A stretch of DNA of 64,000 bases, from assembly GCA_037308085.1 (NCBI GenBank), contig CP147779.1, positions 672,001 through 736,000 on the forward strand, read 5' to 3'. The notes beneath the pieces were generated by a model. The model had not been told where the DNA came from and searched no databases. It worked only from the letters and a program-made list of their open reading frames with translations. The DNA is from Promethearchaeati archaeon SRVP18_Atabeyarchaeia-1. Its GTDB lineage: Archaea; Asgardarchaeota; Atabeyarchaeia; Atabeyarchaeales; Atabeyarchaeaceae. Shown piece by piece: positions 18,653 to 27,656 of the stretch. Positions within the stretch are counted from its first letter, which is position 1; every line of letters begins with the position of its first letter. Both the position numbers and the translations under genes were made by a program.

Positions 18653-19165
18653 GTGCCAACTGTGAAAGAGCAGAACCTAAAGAAGTTTCTTGTCGACGAA
18701 ATGCTAGGCGAGGTGGCGCGCTGGCTTCGCCTTCTTGGGTACGACGCCGACTACTTGAAGGATGTGACCGACCAAGAATTGATTAATCGCTCGAAAAGAG
18801 ATGGACGAGTGCTATTGACATCTGATCAAGAACTGCAAGCGAGGGCCACAAAAGAGGGCATCCATTCTCTTCTTCTTCAGTCCGGTAGCGTCACAAGTAA
18901 ACTTGTAGCATTGGCGAAGGCCTACAAGCTTGACTTGTGCCTTAATCCGACCAATTCGAGATGCCCGATCTGCAACGGCAAGGTTAGAGAAGTCTGCAAC
19001 ACCAAGGAACTGAATGACAGTGTTCCCTCAAAGGTCCTAGATAAGAATGATGAGTTCTGGGTCTGCACCAAATGCAATAAGGTCTACTGGGTCGGCGGGC
19101 ATTGGAAGAACATCACAAGAACAATCAACGAAGTCAAGGATCTTCTGCGTGAACAACTCGCATAG
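18653..19165 (+). CDS. Mut7-C RNase domain protein
   Basis: FLVDEMLGEVARWLRLLGYD, RCPICNG, CTKCNKVYWVGGH. Confidence 0.9.
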   Translation: MPTVKEQNLKKFLVDEMLGEVARWLRLLGYDADYLKDVTDQELINRSKRDGRVLLTSDQELQARATKEGIHSLLLQSGSVTSKLVALAKAYKLDLCLNPTNSRCPICNGKVREVCNTKELNDSVPSKVLDKNDEFWVCTKCNKVYWVGGHWKNITRTINEVKDLLREQLA

Positions 19166-19256
19166 CCTTTCGTTTTGGAATTGAGCATGCATACTGGCCG
19201 ACCACATACATTTTTAAAGGAGCAGCAAGTTATCAAGTTTCGGAGAGAGCGAGTAT

Positions 19257-20480
19257 ATGAGTTTGAGATTTCTAACGTTGGACGACGTCGAAGTCGAGTC
19301 GAAGAGAGTTCTTGTCAGGGTTGACATTAACTCGCCAATGAAACCGGGAACAGAAGAGATTATGGATGATTCAAGGTTTGTGGCAATCCTCGACACGCTC
19401 AAGGATCTGGAAAAGTCGAAGGTTGCCATTCTCGCGCATCAGGGCAGACCTGGGGAATCGGATTTCACCTCAATGCGATCTCACTTCCGGGTACTACAGA
19501 AGTACGTGGGTAGCCGCGCAAAGTTCGTCGAAGACATTATTGGTCCAGCCGCGATAGATTCAATCCAGAAGTTGAAGAAAGGGGACGTACTTCTACTAGA
19601 CAATGCTAGGCTGCTTTCCGAGGAAGTAATGGAGGGCACACCCGAGCTATTTGCGAGAACTCAACTTGTCAGGAGGCTTTCTCCTCTTTTCGACCTGTTT
19701 GTCAATGATGCCTATCCAGCAGCTCACCGAGCTCAAGCGTCAATGGTCGGTTTTCCCGAAGTTCTGACCGCCTTGGCGGGCAGATCAATGGAGAGAGAAC
19801 TTAAAGCGCTGAATAAGGCTCTGTACGAGCCTGATAGACCCAGCATCTTTGTGTTAGGGGGCGCAAAAGTACCAGACAAACTGAAGATTCTCGCCAACAT
19901 TCTGGAGAAGAAGAAGGTGGACAGGGTTCTGCTATCCGGTCTTATGGGAATAGTATTCCTCGAAGCCTCGGGCATCAACCTTGGTGAGGGCAGTAGAGGG
20001 AATCTAAAGGACTTCGAATCATTGAAGAAGCAGGCTAAGGATTTGCTGGCCAGGTACAGGGAAAACATAATGCTCCCAAGGGATGTGGCTGTTTCTATTG
20101 ACCACAAGCGGGTTGAAATCCCTGTCGACAAGATACCCAAGGACGCTGCTGTGAAGGATATAGGCGAGGCAACCATCAAAGAGTACACAGACCAAATATT
20201 GAAAGCAAAGACAATCCTCGCTAATGGGCCTCCAGGCGTCTTTGAGGATAAGGATTTCGCGAAGGGAACTCAACAGGTTCTTAAGGCAATGGCTCAATCG
20301 AAGGGTTTTTCGGTAATTGGAGGCGGGCACCTTGCAGTTCTGGCCAAGGAGGAGATGATCGAAAAATCTATAGGATATGTCAGCACGGGCGGAGGAGCCA
20401 CTATGGCAATGCTAGCGGGTCAGAAACTCCCTGGTGTCGAAGCCCTCTACAAAGCAGCGAAAAGGATCACCACAAAGTAG
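19257..20480 (+). CDS. pgk: Phosphoglycerate kinase
   Basis: RVDINSP, AHQGRP, LGGAKV, NGPPGVFE, STGGGA. Confidence 0.96.
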   Translation: MSLRFLTLDDVEVESKRVLVRVDINSPMKPGTEEIMDDSRFVAILDTLKDLEKSKVAILAHQGRPGESDFTSMRSHFRVLQKYVGSRAKFVEDIIGPAAIDSIQKLKKGDVLLLDNARLLSEEVMEGTPELFARTQLVRRLSPLFDLFVNDAYPAAHRAQASMVGFPEVLTALAGRSMERELKALNKALYEPDRPSIFVLGGAKVPDKLKILANILEKKKVDRVLLSGLMGIVFLEASGINLGEGSRGNLKDFESLKKQAKDLLARYRENIMLPRDVAVSIDHKRVEIPVDKIPKDAAVKDIGEATIKEYTDQILKAKTILANGPPGVFEDKDFAKGTQQVLKAMAQSKGFSVIGGGHLAVLAKEEMIEKSIGYVSTGGGATMAMLAGQKLPGVEALYKAAKRITTK

Positions 20481-20486
20481 CGGGAA

Positions 20487-20578
20487 TGGAGCCGCCGGCG
20501 AGAGTCGAACTCGCGACCACCAACTATCATGTTTCGTGATTACAAGGCTGGCGCTCTGACCGACTGAGCTACGGCGGC
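20487..20578 (-). tRNA. tRNA-Thr(TGT) with canonical 37/38 intron (20526-20540)
   Basis: GCCGCCG...CCAGC-CT-TGT-A^A-GTTGG...GTTCGACT...CGGCGGCTCCA. Confidence 0.93.
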
Positions 20579-20768
20579 AACGCAATCTCGCTTAAGATAG
20601 AAGAGTTATATATTATATAAATATTCTATAACTAATCCCATCTACATTCCTTGAGTGGTCGATTCCACAGGTAGATATAAGGAACCAAGAACAGTACCGA
20701 TCAGAAAACGAGAGACCTGCAAAATAAGTAACCTGGGCCCCTCTTTGCCTGCAAGTTGGAGCTTCGAT

Positions 20769-20926
20769 GGGCGGGTGGTCTAGATAGGAAGTTAAAAATG
20801 ACCCTAGGCTGGTTATGATTCCTGCCTAAGCGACTCTCCACCGTGGGAGTTGCTGCAGATTGGGAGCAGGAGATTGCCCTCAAAAGTAGCAACCTGAGGT
20901 CGCCGGTTCAAATCCGGCCCCGCCCA
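20769..20926 (+). tRNA. tRNA-Pro(TGG) with three non-canonical introns (17/17a: 20786-20809; 33/34: 20828-20860; 45/46: 20873-20898)
   Basis: Acceptor stem GGGCGGG/CCCGCCC-A; central helices CTAG/CTAG, CTGC/GCAG and CAGG/CCTG with 3-nt bulges; spliced anticodon arm CCTGC-CT-TGG-GA-GCAGG. Confidence 0.9.
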
Positions 20927-20979
20927 CATTTTGTTCTCTGACTGATCGACAGTATGCAGAACCTGCGAAGTGATATTTC

Positions 20980-21381
20980 GTGCTTAGAACCGATCCGAAC
21001 TTGGCCAACATCAAGAAAAGCGCCATGATCTCAGGCAAGGATCTGCAGTCTATCTCTTCTAGGTACGGAGAGAGATTCTGGAAGGGAATCAGAGCAGCGA
21101 TTGAAGGATGCGTCAAGAGATACGAGTTCAGTCCAAGCGAGCGGCAAGTCTGGACTGTCAAAGGAAAGAAGATGGATTACCTCGTGATAGATGATTTCTA
21201 CTGTGGTTGCGACGATTTCTATCTCAATGTAATCATTAGAAAGAAGTATCCGTCTTGCTACCATATTCTTGCCAAGTTGATTGCCGAAGCGTTAGGAACA
21301 TTCGAGGCTGTTGCGTCAGATGATGATAAATACCTGCCTCTGATGAAATCACTTAGAAGAGTCCCGAAGGGAGACTCCTAG
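20980..21381 (+). CDS. SWIM zinc-finger protein
   Basis: YCGCDDF...CYHILA (CxC-xn-CxH). Confidence 0.8.
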   Translation: MLRTDPNLANIKKSAMISGKDLQSISSRYGERFWKGIRAAIEGCVKRYEFSPSERQVWTVKGKKMDYLVIDDFYCGCDDFYLNVIIRKKYPSCYHILAKLIAEALGTFEAVASDDDKYLPLMKSLRRVPKGDS

Positions 21382-21478
21382 GGACTGGCAGAGGGCGCCT
21401 CGGTCAACTGATGTAGGGAAACGATAAATAGGTCAATCGTATCAATCTAACTGGGAACCGCAAAGGAGATGATGGACT

Positions 21479-21586
21479 GTGGACTTCAACTCTCTGCTAG
21501 TTATACTCCTAGTGCTGATAACTGCTGCCATCATATTTGTTCTGGTCTATCAGATAGTAGGCGAAGAAGAGAAGATTATCACCTAG
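21479..21586 (+). CDS. Small single-TM protein (35 aa), unannotated
   Basis: GTG start with SD AAGGAG about 10 nt upstream; MDFNSLLVILLVLITAAIIFVLVYQIVGEEEKIIT. Confidence 0.6.
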   Translation: MDFNSLLVILLVLITAAIIFVLVYQIVGEEEKIIT

Positions 21587-21665
21587 ACCTGTTTTCTGTG
21601 CCAGGATTTGGTCTGGCGTTGTTATTCTTTTACTTTTGATTAGGGACGAATGGGTGTACTCACAA

Positions 21666-21911
21666 ATGGTTTTGAAGAATGCTGAGAGATCGTGGCTTCT
21701 CGATGTCTTGGGTGAGGTCAGGTCCTACCTGGCCGAGGCGAATGAGGTTGACAAAATAGTTACCGATATCCTTGGATCTGCTGACTCAATGGATGACTTC
21801 ATGGAGAAAATGCAGAATAGGCATAGGCTCCTCCGCGATCCATTAATTCGCACTGATTTGAGAATCTATTTAGGACGCCTGCAAAGGCAAACTAGAACCC
21901 AGCAGGTCTGA
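21666..21911 (+). CDS. Hypothetical helical protein
   Basis: ORF with protein-like composition; no family recognised. Confidence 0.55.
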   Translation: MVLKNAERSWLLDVLGEVRSYLAEANEVDKIVTDILGSADSMDDFMEKMQNRHRLLRDPLIRTDLRIYLGRLQRQTRTQQV

Positions 21912-22041
21912 TTCATCAGCTAGAATGGCAGAGACGTCTCGAACCGGACCGCGAATATTGCGCCGGCACCTAGAGACCTTTAAGACTCCTCGTCTGCAAG
22001 TTTGTTTGTAGTGCACAGTTGAGAGATGAGGTCAGGCGAAA

Positions 22042-23805
22042 ATGAAGCCCCCAAGAATGGCATTGGAAGAGATAGTCGGGAGAATAGTCGAAGAGAAGGG
22101 ATTGTCAAGAAAGGAGGTTTTTGATCTGATTGAGAAGAAGAAGACCCTCCTCAGCCATATGATAAGTGATGAGGGGGCAGCTGATATTGTTGCCAAAGAT
22201 CTAGGTGTTAGAACCCACTCCGACTCTGAGGACGAAGAGCTGTCATTAACGGTCTCAGATCTCGTTGCTGGGATGAACAATGTTACAATCACAGGCAGGG
22301 CCATCAAGGTAAATCCAGCAAAAGAGTTCACCGATAAGGCAGGCAACAGGAGTCTTGTCGCCGGCTTGATAATGGCTGATAAAGGTGGCGAGATAAGGGT
22401 AGTGCTATGGGGGGATCTTGCAGGCCTTGTTGTACAAGGCAAAATAAAACGGGGAGGCATTATCAGAGTTCATGACGGTTACGTGAAAGAGGATCTTGGA
22501 GGAAAGACCGAGCTACACGTCGGCAGGAAGGGGCGCGTTGAAATAGAGCCACGAGATGTCGTGGAAAAGGATTTTCCTGACAAGCCCAGCAAACCGATGA
22601 AGATTAGCGAGATCAAAACCGAAATGTTTGAAGTTGATATCATTGGAACAGTTAAGACAGTGAATGCAACAAGAGTGGTCAAGACCAAGGATGGAAAGGA
22701 TGTGAAGGTATCGTCCCTGATTCTGGAAGACGATTCAGGAGCAACGGTCAGAGTTGTGCTCTGGGACGACAAGACATCTTCTGTTGAGAATGTGAAAAAG
22801 GGAGACAATATAGATATCGCATCGGGGCGAGTTCGATACAGTAATAATGGGGAGATTGAAGTTCATATCGGTTCAGGGGCATCAGTCAAGGTAACTCCCT
22901 CAAGCTCAGCAATCACCGGGGGTGGAAACAGCCAAATTACCCGGATAGATCAACTCAAACCCGGGATGCGAGACTTCTCGACGGAGGGCGTTTTGGTCGG
23001 AGGTCCCCAATTCAGAGAATTCGTCCGTAATGATGGAACAACGGGCAAAGTCCTGTCATTTGAGTTATCCGACGGCACGACAAGTATTAGGGTGGTCGGA
23101 TGGGAAGAAACTGCGGAGAACCTGAGGCACCTCAAGGCGGGAGACCCAATCAGGGTCAACAATGCAAACTTGAAAGCCGGAATTAGAGGGGACTTGGAGA
23201 TACACATCAGAGGTCCCGATGCAATCAGTCTGCTATCCAAGGAGGAGAATACTTATTCTGAGGGTGGAGAGCACAAGTACGAACCTGCGCTTGCCAAGGA
23301 AAAAGGCAGTAGAATCCTTCGGAAGGATATTTGCGAGCTGCAGGATGGAGAGATTGCCGAGATAAGGGGAATGATCACAAGAGTCCAGGACAAGAGCCCA
23401 GTTTATAGAGCATGCCCCAAGTGTCTGCGGAAAGTCACTGGAAAAGAAGGCGATTGGCTCTGTTCCAAAGACGGGAGCATAGTTAAGCCTATAGATAGAG
23501 TGCTGTATAGTCTTACCCTCGATGACGGCACGGGTATAATAGAATGCGTACTGTCCGGGTCATCTGGAGAAGAATTGCTGGGAATGAAATCCAGTGAGTT
23601 GTCGCCAAGCACGGACGAAAAAATGGATCATTCTCGGAAGATTTTGTCCAGCATACTCGGACTGGAAATAGTCTTTGTCGGAAGGCGAGTATTCAACCAG
23701 AGACAGAATAGGGGTGAATTGAGGGTTACAAAAGTGACTAGACCAGATCCTCGTGCCGAAGCCAGAATGCTTTTGGAGCATATAAGGAATGATCTTGGTT
23801 CCTAA
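22042..23805 (+). CDS. rpa: Replication protein A (multi-OB-fold ssDNA-binding protein)
   Basis: N-terminal helical domain, repeated OB folds (D..G.IRVVLW), C-terminal OB fold with CPKC Zn motif. Confidence 0.9.
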   Translation: MKPPRMALEEIVGRIVEEKGLSRKEVFDLIEKKKTLLSHMISDEGAADIVAKDLGVRTHSDSEDEELSLTVSDLVAGMNNVTITGRAIKVNPAKEFTDKAGNRSLVAGLIMADKGGEIRVVLWGDLAGLVVQGKIKRGGIIRVHDGYVKEDLGGKTELHVGRKGRVEIEPRDVVEKDFPDKPSKPMKISEIKTEMFEVDIIGTVKTVNATRVVKTKDGKDVKVSSLILEDDSGATVRVVLWDDKTSSVENVKKGDNIDIASGRVRYSNNGEIEVHIGSGASVKVTPSSSAITGGGNSQITRIDQLKPGMRDFSTEGVLVGGPQFREFVRNDGTTGKVLSFELSDGTTSIRVVGWEETAENLRHLKAGDPIRVNNANLKAGIRGDLEIHIRGPDAISLLSKEENTYSEGGEHKYEPALAKEKGSRILRKDICELQDGEIAEIRGMITRVQDKSPVYRACPKCLRKVTGKEGDWLCSKDGSIVKPIDRVLYSLTLDDGTGIIECVLSGSSGEELLGMKSSELSPSTDEKMDHSRKILSSILGLEIVFVGRRVFNQRQNRGELRVTKVTRPDPRAEARMLLEHIRNDLGS

Positions 23806-23915
23806 AAAGGAAACTTCTTAATCAAAATCGAAGCTAGTTATATCAGTAGGAATGACTCAACATTGCTCTCGAATCGACCTACATTAGCATTACTTTCAGC
23901 AGGGTTGTGGCCTTA

Positions 23916-24149
23916 ATGGGTAGGAGACGGAGAAAGGTTGTAAAGCGGGTATCTAAAAGGATACCGGCGCTCTTCACTTGCCCTTCGTGTGGAAACAGAT
24001 CCATCAAGATCACGTTGGAAAGGAATAAGCACGAAGCTACAGTCAGGTGCGGACACTGTGGCATCAATACCAAGCTGAATGCGGGCAAACTGACCGAACA
24101 GGTAGATGTATACGGCGAGTTCATTGACAAGTTCTATGGTTCGAAGTAG
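23916..24149 (+). CDS. elf1: Transcription elongation factor Elf1
   Basis: MGRRRRK...FTCPSCG...CGHCG...VDVYGEFID. Confidence 0.92.
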   Translation: MGRRRRKVVKRVSKRIPALFTCPSCGNRSIKITLERNKHEATVRCGHCGINTKLNAGKLTEQVDVYGEFIDKFYGSK

Positions 24150-24171
24150 TTCTTTTTCGGATTATGGGAAA

Positions 24172-25062
24172 CTAGTGCATGTACACTATCGGAAACTGGA
24201 TGCTAAAGTAGAACATAAGCAGACCAATACCCGCTCCACACAGAGATGAAATGAAGTTCACCCAGTTGTTTCCGAGAACTCTCCAACCTTTTACCAATTG
24301 TGCAGGCTCCCCACAGTGGGTGCTGTGTTCGGTCAACTTATGGCATTCCGTGCAGGTGTAGGTTGATTGAATTGAAGCGCCCAGTATGCTATCTATTGTG
24401 CTTCCGACGAAGGCCGACACAACGCATATCATCAAGAGGTTTGGACCAAACCCCAAGATTCCCTCACTGGGCACGAGATTTGTCGTGATAGCTAACAACC
24501 AAGCAACGCCTCCAATTAGGAGACCTCCTCCAACAACGGCTATCTCGCCGAGGGGAGAAACGCCCCCTGACGTTCCAGCAGGAACCTTCTTCCTTAGGCT
24601 TGTGATGAGTCTGGGGTCTCTTGGATACAGTAACCCGATTTCAGTCGCAAGAGTGTCGGCAGTCGTAGTTGCTATGGCTGCGATGAAAGCAGCAAAGAAT
24701 ATGTCGGCGCTCTGCCCGAAATAAGTGGGGTAGACCTTCTCAAAAAGTGCAAAGATCGCTGGAATACCTCCGTTAGCAAAGACATTTCCCCATGCCCGCG
24801 CTCCCTTTTTTCCTTCCGCCACCCCAAGTTTCCTTTTGTATTCGTATTTGAAGTGTGTGAACTGGGCCGCAACTAGATGGAAAGTCAGTATTATGATGAA
24901 CCAAGGCCAACCCCCAAAAACCCATATGAACAAGCCAACCACTAGCCCGGCGATTAGCCCAGAGAAGTTGACTGCCTTGGCTCTCATGGAGAAGAGACCG
25001 AATCCGCCGACGACTAGTAGACCAACTAGCAAATAGAGGATGTCAATTTCTGGCGAAGCCAT
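24172..25062 (-). CDS. DUF92/TMEM19 membrane protein
   Basis: NVFANG, ADTLATEIG, GTSGGVSPLG, DSILGA motifs. Confidence 0.9.
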   Translation of the reverse strand: MASPEIDILYLLVGLLVVGGFGLFSMRAKAVNFSGLIAGLVVGLFIWVFGGWPWFIIILTFHLVAAQFTHFKYEYKRKLGVAEGKKGARAWGNVFANGGIPAIFALFEKVYPTYFGQSADIFFAAFIAAIATTTADTLATEIGLLYPRDPRLITSLRKKVPAGTSGGVSPLGEIAVVGGGLLIGGVAWLLAITTNLVPSEGILGFGPNLLMICVVSAFVGSTIDSILGASIQSTYTCTECHKLTEHSTHCGEPAQLVKGWRVLGNNWVNFISSLCGAGIGLLMFYFSIQFPIVYMH

Positions 25063-25274
25063 TTAGCTCATCTCATCGAACCATTCTGCGCCAAAAAGCC
25101 CAGCAGGCTGGACGCTTATGCCATTTGCTCCGGAGAGTGCTAGACAAGTATGCAAATCGAAGTATATCGCTAGGTGCATTGAATAAAAGTGTTATGTAGC
25201 ACTGGGCGGTTCTGTTCGACAAACACCGAATAATCATCCTCTAGTCGTCAATTGGCTCTCAAAAATCACGACTG

Positions 25275-25697
25275 TCAGATGTCAAGTACGAATCGAATCC
25301 TAGATCCATCTCTATCCTCAGTTATCTGCATTTCAGCGTAGGTGATTGCCTTTACCTCGGTCTTTCTTCCGTGTTTCTTGGGGTCGTAGGTCTCCCCTCG
25401 CGCCTCGCCCATCCCCTTCAGTCCCCCACCTACTTTAACAAGGTGGAATCTGAACGCGGAAAACGCGATTCGGTCTACGCTAAACCTGAACAGAAGCTCC
25501 TCTAGCCAGGAGTACAGTAACGCCTCAATATCCTCCGCCGACACCTCGATCTTAACGCTCATTTTTTGGTCTACCTTCGATGGGTCAAGCATGACATTGA
25601 ACATGGCCTCCGCACCAAATGAGAAAGCCTCGCCTATTGACGCGCCACGAGCCTCTATCATCACATCGGCGGTGTGCTCCAAGTATCTATAACCCAA
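25275..25697 (-). CDS. Archease (RtcB tRNA-ligase activator)
   Basis: YRYLEHTADV...LLYSWLEELL...EVKAITY...FVLDI. Confidence 0.93.
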   Translation of the reverse strand: MGYRYLEHTADVMIEARGASIGEAFSFGAEAMFNVMLDPSKVDQKMSVKIEVSAEDIEALLYSWLEELLFRFSVDRIAFSAFRFHLVKVGGGLKGMGEARGETYDPKKHGRKTEVKAITYAEMQITEDRDGSRIRFVLDI

Positions 25698-25919
25698 CCC
25701 AATTACCTCATCACAAATCATACATGTCAAAGGTTTCAATCTACGTGGGCAAAGGTAGGTATGCGTCTGCGCACCTGCGGTGCTCCACGTAGATCTGGGA
25801 CTTCACGGCATCATGCAGGTGCCTCGCGAATTCGTCGGCACCCTTCCGCTCCGCCCACGTCAAGGTGTCAGCCCGCACGATACTAATTCAACTAGGTATC
25901 TTGTTTTTGAGTCATCGCT

Positions 25920-26050
25920 TGGCGCCGGGGGTGGGATTTGAACCCACGCGCCCTTGCGAGCACAGACTTAGCAGGCTTGAGCCTTTGTGTTCGTCTGCTC
26001 CCTACCAGGTTCCCCGAGTTCTTAGAGGACACTCCCTAGGACACCCCGGC
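25920..26050 (-). tRNA. tRNA-Ser(GCT) with two non-canonical introns (15/16: 26010-26035; 29/30: 25977-25994)
   Basis: Acceptor stem GCCGGGG/CCCCGGC plus GCCA; long variable arm; spliced anticodon arm CAGGC-CT-GCT-AA-GTCTG. Confidence 0.9.
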
Positions 26051-26112
26051 GCATACCCAACCAGATCCAAAGGCGGGGATGCCTGTGACAGAACCACTAG
26101 ATCTCCTCTCTG

Positions 26113-26134
26113 GAAAACTTTATATTTAAATTTT
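26113..26134. promoter_or_regulatory. AT-rich BRE/TATA element between the divergent tRNA-Ser and SRP RNA genes
   Basis: GAAAACTTTATATTTAAATTTT; the TATA lies about 22-25 nt upstream of the SRP RNA 5' end. Confidence 0.65.
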
Positions 26135-26147
26135 CGGTATGCAAATT

Positions 26148-26497
26148 GGGGTTATGGTCCTAGGCGGGGGGCTAGGGACTCAGGTCGAAACCTCGCTTGG
26201 GCTAGAACTCCCCTGTACCGCAAACGCCCTATACGGCGGGCCGAATGCCGGCTTGAGGGGCTCCGAGCGCCCACGCAGCCTTCACCAAGGAGCGTGAAGT
26301 CTCGCCCTGGAGGGTGTCTGGTGGTCGAACGTTTCCCGTAGGGGAAATGGAGAAGACTGTTACAGGCAAATCCGACTAGGGCCGGGAGGCAGCAGTCGTA
26401 AGCTTGGCTAGGTGCGCTTCCAGGATCACGGGATGGATTTCCTCGGAGAGGGTGTTGGTGGACGTGAGGGACTTCGAGAGTCGGGGGCCATAACCCC
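26148..26497 (+). ncRNA. ffs: Signal recognition particle (7S) RNA with a putative 30-nt BHB intron (26178-26207)
   Basis: Helix 1 GGGGTTATGGTCC / GGGCCATAACCCC; Alu UGUA motif; helix 6 TTTCCC-GTAG-GGGAAA; helix 8 CGACT-AGG-GCC-GGGA-GGC-AGC-AGTCG. Confidence 0.92.
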
Positions 26498-27445
26498 ACT
26501 TCTTTTGGCAGTCTCGTCAGTCGATAGCTCTGATAGCAGTTTGCACACATTGCATAATCTGTCTGAGGATGGCTCACCGCAATGCTCGCACAGGGTGAAT
26601 TCCCCGTCATTGACGTATTTGCCGAGAGCGGGTGCGAGATCATCCAGAAATTTGAGGACACTATACTTCAAGCCAGGTCTCTTTGCCTCCAGATTGTTTA
26701 GAAGTGATTCGATCTCACCTCTCAACAGATTGGATGCGTAAGGACATTCTTGAGAATGGAACTCTATATCTTTGAAATACGCGTAGAGAATTGTCTCTCG
26801 CTCGGGAATCGCTCTCAGAGGCTTGATTCTCGGAACAAATCTCTCATGGCTGCCCGACGCAACTCTCGAAAGTCTGGCCAACCGGTGTATGTCGGAACGG
26901 AATACGTTAAGAAGTATGCTCTGTGATTCATCGTCCAGGTTGTGCCCAACTGCCAATTTAGTTGCTCCGAGTTCTCTCGCTTTGTCATTTAACGCCCTTC
27001 TCCTAAGCGAGCCACAGAAAGAACACGCGGTGACACCTGATCTTATGACGTTCCCGTCTCGCATTATTTCGTCGATCGTGTGCCCAAAGAGGTCCTTAAA
27101 AGAGAAGATGTGGTGTTCAACCCCAAGAAGCGAGGCGTTTCTCTTTGCCACTTCAATACTTCCTTCGCGGTAACCTGATATCCCCTCATCAATTGTGATG
27201 GCCACTAGCTTGGAGCTCGGAAACCTCTCTTCGATCTTCATCATGATGTGCAGCAATACCACGCTATCCTTGCCACCAGAGAGACCTACGGCTATTCTAT
27301 CATCCTCTCTAAGCATGTCGCGACCGGAAATTGAACGCCTGACCCTATCGTCGATCGATCTAAGGAAGCAAGCTTTACAGAGGTACTCTCCAGAGTAGGG
27401 TCTATACATTACGGCTTGCTTGCCGCACTTTGAGCAGTTCCTCAA
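26426..27445 (-). CDS. ncs6: tRNA 2-thiolation protein, Ncs6/Ctu1/TtuA family
   Basis: N- and C-terminal Zn fingers, PP-loop SGGKDS, CSFCG, GHNLDD. Confidence 0.88.
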   Translation of the reverse strand: MRNCSKCGKQAVMYRPYSGEYLCKACFLRSIDDRVRRSISGRDMLREDDRIAVGLSGGKDSVVLLHIMMKIEERFPSSKLVAITIDEGISGYREGSIEVAKRNASLLGVEHHIFSFKDLFGHTIDEIMRDGNVIRSGVTACSFCGSLRRRALNDKARELGATKLAVGHNLDDESQSILLNVFRSDIHRLARLSRVASGSHERFVPRIKPLRAIPERETILYAYFKDIEFHSQECPYASNLLRGEIESLLNNLEAKRPGLKYSVLKFLDDLAPALGKYVNDGEFTLCEHCGEPSSDRLCNVCKLLSELSTDETAKRSGVMAPDSRSPSRPPTPSPRKSIP

Positions 27446-27656
27446 GGCAAGGACACCTCAAGATCTGTGAACGAAGTTACTTGCACTAAGCAGATAAAGA
27501 TCAATTAATAACAGCGTGGGTCGATTACGTTAAAGAGATGTTTGCGTGACAACTTAGTAGAGCAACATCGTGTCTGCAGTCTTCTCTGGTGAGAGTTTTC
27601 GGTAGTAGCGGACTATGGTAGTTGTTATAAACTTATTGGAAAAGGACCGACCCTAA

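Noticed and set aside
25741-25878. 45-codon minus-strand ORF downstream of tRNA-Ser as an integrated-element remnant
   Set aside because: No att-like duplication of the tRNA 3' end, no integrase and no recognisable motif.
25865-26741. ORFs 25865-26341, 26152-26661 and 26412-26741
   Set aside because: They overlap tRNA-Ser, the SRP RNA and ncs6; GC-rich structural RNA explains the open frames.
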